From an uncultured Gammaproteobacteria bacterium (GTDB lineage Bacteria > Patescibacteriota > Microgenomatia > Daviesbacterales > UBA10151): a stretch of 47,636 bases of DNA. Each line of letters starts with the position of its first letter. Within the stretch, counting starts at the first letter, position 1. The notes beneath the pieces are model-generated. The model was not told where the DNA came from. It worked only from the letters and a program-made list of their open reading frames with translations, and made no database searches. A program made the position numbers and the translations under genes. Below are positions 37,055 through 43,760 of the stretch, piece by piece. Location of the stretch: assembly GCA_964523515.1 (NCBI GenBank), contig CAZFZP010000001.1, positions 10,079-57,714 of the forward strand. Direction: 5' to 3'.

Positions 37055-37773
37055 TCAGATTTCTTAAATATCATTTCCAACCACATCTGGTATCTAAGTA
37101 AAAGAAGCTGCTGTACTCCTTTAATAGCCCGCTTAACTATCCCGCTACGGGCAGCTCGTAACTCCGATACTTCAATAGGTATTTCGGTAATGCTTAATCC
37201 TTTTTGGTGGGCGCGAATGATTAACTCCGTATCAAAGATTTCACTTCCATAGTGACATTTTTTTATAATGGGAACTGTACTGATTTTTTTTATTACCTTA
37301 ATACCATGAGTGTCGCTAACTGGACAATCAAAAAGAATTCTAGTTAATATGTGAAATATATTCCCGCCAATTTTTCTGATTAATGATCTACGATCTTGGC
37401 TCAGAGAGTTCATCTTCGATGCAACAACAATTGAATGTTTATCAAGTACTGCTATGGCATCATTGAGAAATTTTAAATCAATCCAATCGACCGAAAAATT
37501 TACTATTATTTTTTTAGTAGATTTTAGGTATCCATACCTCAATGCTGCACCATAACTGGGTCTTTCAAGATGAAAATATTTTATCTTTTTATTTGACTGA
37601 GATAATTGCTGTCCTATTCTCGCTGATTCATCAGAACTACCATTTTCTATAATAAGAATTTCAAAATTAGAAGTAAGCGTAGCAAGTTGTTTTTGTAATT
37701 TTAAGATTACTTTTTGAAGTATCTCTGCCTCATTGTAAACAGGTATGACAATCGAGATTGGATGCTGAATCAT
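37051..37773 (-). CDS. GT2, DPM1/GtrB/ArnC-like candidate polyprenol-phosphate sugar synthase
   Basis: 240 aa. Motifs: ISIVIPVYNEAEIL, IIENGSSDES, PSYGAALRYG, RSLIRKIGGNIFHILTRILF..VSDTHGIKV, FDTELIIRA, and ITEIPIEV. Confidence 0.65.
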   Translation of the reverse strand: MIQHPISIVIPVYNEAEILQKVILKLQKQLATLTSNFEILIIENGSSDESARIGQQLSQSNKKIKYFHLERPSYGAALRYGYLKSTKKIIVNFSVDWIDLKFLNDAIAVLDKHSIVVASKMNSLSQDRRSLIRKIGGNIFHILTRILFDCPVSDTHGIKVIKKISTVPIIKKCHYGSEIFDTELIIRAHQKGLSITEIPIEVSELRAARSGIVKRAIKGVQQLLLLRYQMWLEMIFKKSE

Positions 37774-37783
37774 TTTAAAACAA

Positions 37784-38737
37784 CTATTTATCTATTTGAT
37801 TAAACCACTCAACCGTTTTTTGGATTCCCTCTTTTAAAAAAACCTGTGGGGTATATCCTAAAGTCTCACTAGCCTTACTAATATTGGGCTGAAATCTATC
37901 TATATCTCCAAGCCTTCTAGGTACACTACTAATACCTGATATACTTTGAGTCGTTTTTAAAACAATATCAGCTAACTGTTTAATTGTGGTGATCTCAGTG
38001 GTACCTATGTTAAATATTTCCCCCAAGGCTAATGGTGTTGTTGCCGCTTTTACATTGGCTTCTACTACATCGTCTACATATGTAAAACATCGCTCTTGAT
38101 CTCCCGTTCCTTCTATTGTTAGTGGTTGATTACGAAGTGCTTTATCGATAAATATTGGTATAACTCCTCCTGTAGTACTGAAATTCTGCCGAGGTCCATA
38201 TACATTATAGTATCTTAACATTACTGCCTTAATGCCAAACAGGTTACTCCAAAGATCAATATATCTCTCTGCTGCCATCTTACTGATACCGTATGGTGAA
38301 ACTGGCTCTAAGGGATGGCTTTCGTCTTGTGGTTGATATTTTGGCTGACCATAAACTGAACCTGTTGATGAATGAATCAGGGTACTTGTAAGACAATAGT
38401 CTCTTTGTGATTGAAGGATATTAATTACTCCGACGCAGGTAGTCCTTAAATCTTGAATTGGATCCTGAAGAGAGGTTAATAGGTTACCTGATGCCAAATG
38501 AAAAATTATATTTGGTTGTATGTTCTTAATTAACTTTCTTATAAGGATACTATCCTCGACTGCTCCTTTAATAAACTCAAAGTTATTATTATTTTTTGCT
38601 AATTTGAGATTTTTTAGACTTCCTTTTGATAAATTATCAAGACCATAAACATAATATTTTTCCAACAGTAACCGATCCACTAAACTACTACCGATAAAAC
38701 CTGCTGCTCCAGTTACAAAAGCTACTTTATTTTTCAT
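37784..38737 (-). CDS. Extended SDR, NAD-dependent nucleotide-sugar epimerase/dehydratase (GalE-like)
   Basis: 317 aa. Motifs: VAFVTGAAGFIGSSLV, SSTGSVYG, and YGISK (YxxxK). Confidence 0.8.
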   Translation of the reverse strand: MKNKVAFVTGAAGFIGSSLVDRLLLEKYYVYGLDNLSKGSLKNLKLAKNNNNFEFIKGAVEDSILIRKLIKNIQPNIIFHLASGNLLTSLQDPIQDLRTTCVGVINILQSQRDYCLTSTLIHSSTGSVYGQPKYQPQDESHPLEPVSPYGISKMAAERYIDLWSNLFGIKAVMLRYYNVYGPRQNFSTTGGVIPIFIDKALRNQPLTIEGTGDQERCFTYVDDVVEANVKAATTPLALGEIFNIGTTEITTIKQLADIVLKTTQSISGISSVPRRLGDIDRFQPNISKASETLGYTPQVFLKEGIQKTVEWFNQIDK

Positions 38738-39995
38738 ATTCTTTTAACGACTCTACAATTAATGGCTCCGGGATGGGAATAATAAACTTACCACCTTGAT
38801 CTTTAAACCAACTTTCTTTTTCCATAATATTTTGAGCATAGTTCCAAGCAGTGATAACTATGTAGTCAACTGATTTTGATTTTAAAGTTTCGGGAGGAAC
38901 AATTGGAATATGAGTACCGGGTGTATATTTACCTTGTTTGGAAGGAGCACTATCAGTAATATAATCAATTATCCCAGGGCCAATATTACAGTATTGAAGT
39001 AATGTCGTTGCTTTAGCTGAAGCTCCGTACGCTGCAATTCTCTTGCCCTGTTTTTTTAAATCCTTCAACATCTTAGTTAGTTGTTTTTTCACCATTGGGG
39101 GACGGGTAGCAAATTTTTTATACGTTGAAAGTTTGTGTAAACCCAGTTTCTTTTCATTGTCTAAAAACATCCCTACCTTTTTTTTGATCTTATGCGACGA
39201 TTTTTTATGAGCTGCAAACACCATAATTCCCCCTCCATGAGTATCGGTATGTATTACATCAATCATTTTCATACCGTGCATATTTAATAAATATGATAGT
39301 GGAGCTACCGCATGATAGCAGATGTGTTCATGATAAGTATTGTCAAACTCGTTGTGAGAAAGAAGATCAACTAGGTACTGGACCTCAAATACAAAAATCC
39401 CTTTTTCATCGAGTAATTCTTTAACACCCAAGAATATATCGTGCAAAATATCTGTATGAGCCAGAGTATTGTTTGAGGTAATAATCCCCGCTTTACCATA
39501 TTTTTTGATAATCTTGGACACTAAATCTTTATTAAAAAATTCTGCGATAGTTTCGACCTCCTGCTTATTTGCAATCTTCGCTATATTTTTAGCTGGATCT
39601 ATCCCTAGTATTCTTGACCCAAATTTTTTGAAAGGCTTCAGTAGTACTCCATCATTACTTCCAATATCAACCACCAACTGCCTCGATTGGTCTGGGTATC
39701 GCTTAAAAACCTCTGTAGCATACTCCTCAAAATGCCTAACTAACATGGGAGAGGTCGAAGAAAAATATGCATAATCGTTATAAATATAACTTCTATCAAC
39801 AATATGCAAAAGCTGTGCCAGATGGCAGTTGTGACAAAAATAAACCTCTAGCGGAGCCTTAAACTCCTCTTTCTTTAATTCATGTTTATTAAGATATGAA
39901 TTAGCTAGAGCTGCCTTACCCAAAGACAGATATCTTGTTAATTTTTTCTCTTGGCAGATCAAACATTTGTTACTTTTTCTTACCGGGTTATTCAT
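38727..39995 (-). CDS. NDP-hexose C-methyltransferase (TylC3-type: zinc-ribbon N-domain, SAM domain, C-methyltransferase C-domain)
   Basis: 422 aa. N-terminal Cys4 (CLICQEKK...FCHNCHLAQL), SAM motif VVDIGSNDGVLL, and C-domain AAYGASAKATTLLQYCNIG...ITDSAPSKQGKYTPGTHIPIVPPE. Confidence 0.75.
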   Translation of the reverse strand: MNNPVRKSNKCLICQEKKLTRYLSLGKAALANSYLNKHELKKEEFKAPLEVYFCHNCHLAQLLHIVDRSYIYNDYAYFSSTSPMLVRHFEEYATEVFKRYPDQSRQLVVDIGSNDGVLLKPFKKFGSRILGIDPAKNIAKIANKQEVETIAEFFNKDLVSKIIKKYGKAGIITSNNTLAHTDILHDIFLGVKELLDEKGIFVFEVQYLVDLLSHNEFDNTYHEHICYHAVAPLSYLLNMHGMKMIDVIHTDTHGGGIMVFAAHKKSSHKIKKKVGMFLDNEKKLGLHKLSTYKKFATRPPMVKKQLTKMLKDLKKQGKRIAAYGASAKATTLLQYCNIGPGIIDYITDSAPSKQGKYTPGTHIPIVPPETLKSKSVDYIVITAWNYAQNIMEKESWFKDQGGKFIIPIPEPLIVESLKEYEK

Positions 39996-39996
39996 C

Positions 39997-40926
39997 TTAT
40001 GCGATATTATATTGCTTTATATATTTCATATAGTCCTCAATTCCGCTCTTAAGATTGGTTTTCGGAAACCAACCTATGGCTTTTTTTATTTTTTTCCGAT
40101 CCATTGTACCTCGTTTAGGTCGATCCTGAATATCTTTTATTTCATACTCAAATTTAAAGTGAGCTTTTAAAAATTTTACAAAGTGCACCAATTTTTTAGC
40201 TTTTCCTCCACTTATATGATACGTCTCAGAGTTTGGTGCTTTTTGCAGTACATCCGCAATTCCCGACACCAAGTCTTTAACATAAGTAAAATCTAGGTCA
40301 ATGGAGCTGTTTACCCAAAATTTTTCTCCTTTTAGAATCTTATTAATTATCGAGTTCGAAGCCCTACTATTCATATCCCCAAATCCATAAACATTAGTCG
40401 TTCTAATTACATTCCAATTATTTAACTCTGACTTTACAAGAAATTCACCACAAGCCTTGGTTACACCATACGGGGTCTTAGGAACCAACGAATCCATTTC
40501 AGTTATAACATCATCGCAATCTCCATATGCAGCAATTGATGACATGTAAATAAATTTTTTTACTGTTGTTTCTTTAACTGCTTTTATAACTCTATATGTT
40601 AAACCAATGTCTTCGGTTAGTTGTTTAAGAGAAAAGTCAAAATCATCTGCTTTTTCAAGAGGAGTTCCGGCCAAATGTATAACACAATCAAATTTTCCTT
40701 TTTTTAGTATTTTATTACCGACATCCTCGAATTTTCTTTTGTGAATCTTAGCACCCTTTAGAAGTTGCTCCTTTTTGAATTTAGTAATTATTTTTTTAGT
40801 CTTAATGTCCCAGTTTGAGTAATGAACTCCAGGGTCTATTACTACTACTTCAAACTTTCTTGATAATAACTCATGGGTAAGCCATGAACCAACAAATCCC
40901 GCACCTCCAATAACTAAAACCTTCAT
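39997..40926 (-). CDS. Extended SDR, NAD-dependent nucleotide-sugar epimerase/dehydratase/reductase
   Basis: 309 aa. Motifs: VLVIGGAGFVGSWL, SSIAAYG, and YGVTK (YxxxK). It is the first gene after the divergent intergenic region. Confidence 0.75.
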   Translation of the reverse strand: MKVLVIGGAGFVGSWLTHELLSRKFEVVVIDPGVHYSNWDIKTKKIITKFKKEQLLKGAKIHKRKFEDVGNKILKKGKFDCVIHLAGTPLEKADDFDFSLKQLTEDIGLTYRVIKAVKETTVKKFIYMSSIAAYGDCDDVITEMDSLVPKTPYGVTKACGEFLVKSELNNWNVIRTTNVYGFGDMNSRASNSIINKILKGEKFWVNSSIDLDFTYVKDLVSGIADVLQKAPNSETYHISGGKAKKLVHFVKFLKAHFKFEYEIKDIQDRPKRGTMDRKKIKKAIGWFPKTNLKSGIEDYMKYIKQYNIA

Positions 40927-41125
40927 TTATAAAATCCTTCTAGTAATAAATTAAAATGTCTCACTAATTTTGACATTCTACAGCAACTTGAACAGTCTAA
41001 CAATAAGACAGTCTAATCACATCATGTAAATTACTCTGTCACATGATTATAGATCAATGATTACATAAAATGTATTCAAGAAATCAATAGAAATAAAATA
41101 GTTTAAATGATAGTATTAGCTGACG
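40927..41125. promoter_or_regulatory. Divergent intergenic control region (only non-coding stretch over 100 bp)
   Basis: 199 bp between divergently oriented genes. Plus-strand candidate promoter: TTGAAC (40988..40993), 18-nt spacer, TCTAAT (41012..41017). Minus-strand TATAAT at 41046..41051. Direct repeat ACAGTCTAA at 40992..41000 and 41008..41016. Also short repeats TCACAT(C)ATG and ATGATTA. Confidence 0.35.
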
Positions 41126-42079
41126 ATGAAGGCCGCAATTATCGGAATAGGTAACATGGGTAAAAATCATGTCCGGGTTTACTCAGAAATTTCTTCCATT
41201 ACTCTAGTTGCCCTTTCAGACTTAAACGAAACATTAGGCACTCAACTTGCTGAAAAACACCATACCAAATTTTATAGAGATTACGAAGAGATGTTGGAAA
41301 AAGAAGAGATAGATCTTGTCTCTGTTTGTGTACCAACATCATTACATTTTAAAGTGGCTTCTTATTGTCTAAAAAAGAAAGTTCACACTCTTTTGGAAAA
41401 ACCTATTACCTCTAATATTAATGATGCCCAAAAATTAATTAATCTAGCAAAAAGGAATAAGGTTAAGCTACTAGTTGGGCATATTGAAAGATATAACCCC
41501 GCCTTAAGACAAGTTAAAGAAATTGTTGATAGTGGAATATTAGGTAGAATAATTGCCATTACATCTAGAAGGGTGGGTGGATTTCCGCCACAAATTAAAG
41601 ATGTGGATGTGGCCGTTGACCTAGCTATCCATGATATCGATATCTCTAACTATTTATTGGGGGAATTGCCTACTAATATTAGTGTTAATAAACAGCTAAA
41701 TCATACCCGTCGCCGTCCAGATTCTGTGGAATTTTTTTTGAAATACAAAAGAGCATCGAGCTATATTCAAGCCAACTGGATCAGTCCAGTCAAAATTCGA
41801 AAACTTAATATTACAGGCAGTGAAGGATACCTGGAAATGGATTATATAAGTCAAAAAATTGAGATTTATAAAAGCAACTACAGCAAATTTAAAGAGGAAT
41901 CTTCTAATTTTTCGGACTATGTATTGCTTTTTTCTGAGCCAGATATTACGAATGTGTCTGTAAAGAAAAAAGAACCTCTCAAAGAGGAGATTCTGTTCTT
42001 TATAGATTGCATTAAAAATAATATCGATCTAGATTCATTATTTGCTTTAAAGGCATTAGAAATAAGTTTAAAAAAATGA
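41126..42079 (+). CDS. Gfo/Idh/MocA-family NAD-dependent sugar-nucleotide 3-dehydrogenase (WlbA/WbpB-like)
   Basis: 317 aa. Motifs: MKAAIIGIGNMGKNH, LEKPIT (EKP motif), and GHIERYNP. It is first in a gene order identical to wlbA-wlbB-wlbC. Confidence 0.75.
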   Translation: MKAAIIGIGNMGKNHVRVYSEISSITLVALSDLNETLGTQLAEKHHTKFYRDYEEMLEKEEIDLVSVCVPTSLHFKVASYCLKKKVHTLLEKPITSNINDAQKLINLAKRNKVKLLVGHIERYNPALRQVKEIVDSGILGRIIAITSRRVGGFPPQIKDVDVAVDLAIHDIDISNYLLGELPTNISVNKQLNHTRRRPDSVEFFLKYKRASSYIQANWISPVKIRKLNITGSEGYLEMDYISQKIEIYKSNYSKFKEESSNFSDYVLLFSEPDITNVSVKKKEPLKEEILFFIDCIKNNIDLDSLFALKALEISLKK

Positions 42080-42630
42080 TTCATCCATCAGCCGAAATTG
42101 CATCTTCAGCCAAAATAGGTAAACGAACTAAGATTTGGCATCATGCTCAGATTAGAGAAAACGTTCTAATTGGATCTGATTGTATAATCTCAAAGGGGGT
42201 TTACATCGATAAAGATTCTCAAATAGGTAACACAGTCAAAATCCAAAACTATACAAGTGTTTATCATCAAACTGTTATAGAAGATGGTGTTTTTATAGGG
42301 CCATATGTCTGCGTGACAAATGATAAATTTCCACGCTCTACTACAAACGAGGGGAAACTAAAAACTGACGGTGATTGGAAGTCACATATTACTATAATTA
42401 AGCAAGGCGCTTCTATTGGGGCAGGCTCAATTTTACTACCAGGCTTAACCATTGGGGAATTTTCTCTTGTCGGGGCAGGCTCTTTAGTGACAAGGGACGT
42501 ACCCTCTCATGCACTTATTTATGGATCACCTGCGAGAATAGTTGGTTTTGTATGTCGGTGTGGCAATCACATCTCACGAGGACAGCAAAAACCCAAAATT
42601 TTGTGGTGCATAGAATGTCTCAAAAAATGA
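42076..42630 (+). CDS. Hexapeptide N-acetyltransferase, WlbB/WbpD-like (3-amino-sugar N-acetyltransferase)
   Basis: 184 aa. Segments IHPSAEI...IGKRTKIWHHAQI, IGNTVKIQNYTSVY, EDGVFIGPYVCVTNDKFPRS, and GAGSLVTRDVPSHALIYGSPARIVG are colinear with WlbB as I recall it. The C-terminal tail has CRCG...WCIEC. 4-nt overlaps on both sides. Confidence 0.8.
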   Translation: MIHPSAEIASSAKIGKRTKIWHHAQIRENVLIGSDCIISKGVYIDKDSQIGNTVKIQNYTSVYHQTVIEDGVFIGPYVCVTNDKFPRSTTNEGKLKTDGDWKSHITIIKQGASIGAGSILLPGLTIGEFSLVGAGSLVTRDVPSHALIYGSPARIVGFVCRCGNHISRGQQKPKILWCIECLKK

Positions 42631-43736
42631 CTCACCCCATCCCAATTGCTAAACCTATCATTACCCAAAAAGAGATTAATGAAGTAGTTAAAGTATTAAG
42701 ATCTGGACACCTCTCACAAGGAAAATGGGTCGAAGAGTTTGAGAAAGACTTTGCTAAATTTATTGGCAGCAAATTTGCTATCGCAACCAGTAGTGGCACC
42801 GCAGCACTTTATTTGGCCCTATTGTCTCTGGGAATAAAAGCACACGATGAGGTTGTCACTACCTCTTTTTCCTTTATTGCCTCATCAAACGCCATAATAT
42901 ATCTGGGAGCAAAACCTGTCTTTGTAGATATTAATCCCCATACTTATAATATCGATACAGATTTAATTGAAAAATATATTACTCCTCGTACTAGAGCTAT
43001 ACTTCCAGTCCATCTTTACGGACTACCAGCAGATATGATTAAAGTTCGGAAGATTGCAAAACGTTATAACCTGATTGTCATTGAGGATGCCTGCCAAGCA
43101 CATGGTGCTTCAATAAAGTCTAAAAAAGTCGGTACTTTTGGGGATGCTGGTTGTTTCTCTTTTTATCCAACTAAAAATATGACTACTGGAGAGGGTGGAG
43201 TGATCACAACAAATAGCGCAAAGTTAGCTAAAAAAATTAAATTACTAAGAGAACATGGAATGAGGAAACGTTACCATCATGAGATATTAGGATTCAATTT
43301 TCGGATGACCAATATTAGCGCAGCCTTAGGAATAGAACAACTCAAAAAGCTACCAGAATATAATCTGCAAAGAGTCAAAAATGCGGCTTTTCTTACATCT
43401 AGGTTATCCCCTATAAAACAACTACTCACCCCTTCAATTCCTAACGGATTTAATCATGTTTTTCATCAGTATACTATTCAAATCAGGCAGGGAAAGATTG
43501 TCCGGGAAAAACTGATGCAATTCTTAAGTCAAAATGGAGTATCTACAGTGATTTATTATCCGATCCCTATCCACAAGCAAAAATTTATGAAACAACAATA
43601 CAAAAATCTTAATCTTGTACAAACTCAAGCCATTTCCCAACAAGTGCTATCACTTCCTGTTCATCCCAATTTAAGTTACAAAGAATTACAAAAAATTACT
43701 GATTTAATTAACCTTTTTTATAAAAATCAAGTGTAA
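42627..43736 (+). CDS. DegT/DnrJ/EryC1-family PLP aminotransferase (WlbC/WbpE-like)
   Basis: The track ORF starts at 42552. I prefer ATG 42627 (MTHPIPIAKPIIT...), which forms an ATGA overlap with the upstream stop. ATG 42615 is also possible. Motifs: ATSSGTAAL, IEDACQAHG, and FSFYPTKNMTTGEGG, with the catalytic Lys present (AAA at 43173..43175). Confidence 0.8.
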   Translation: MTHPIPIAKPIITQKEINEVVKVLRSGHLSQGKWVEEFEKDFAKFIGSKFAIATSSGTAALYLALLSLGIKAHDEVVTTSFSFIASSNAIIYLGAKPVFVDINPHTYNIDTDLIEKYITPRTRAILPVHLYGLPADMIKVRKIAKRYNLIVIEDACQAHGASIKSKKVGTFGDAGCFSFYPTKNMTTGEGGVITTNSAKLAKKIKLLREHGMRKRYHHEILGFNFRMTNISAALGIEQLKKLPEYNLQRVKNAAFLTSRLSPIKQLLTPSIPNGFNHVFHQYTIQIRQGKIVREKLMQFLSQNGVSTVIYYPIPIHKQKFMKQQYKNLNLVQTQAISQQVLSLPVHPNLSYKELQKITDLINLFYKNQV

Positions 43737-43760
43737 GTGTTTAGCGAGATAATATACCGA

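Noticed and set aside
42552-42626. The N-terminal 25-codon extension of the aminotransferase ORF as listed in the track (MSVWQSHLTRTAKTQNFVVHRMSQK).
   Set aside because: The extension lies entirely inside the 3' end of the acetyltransferase gene. DegT-family proteins normally begin close to the IP.A.P motif. ATG 42627 gives an ATGA stop/start overlap like the other junctions in the window.
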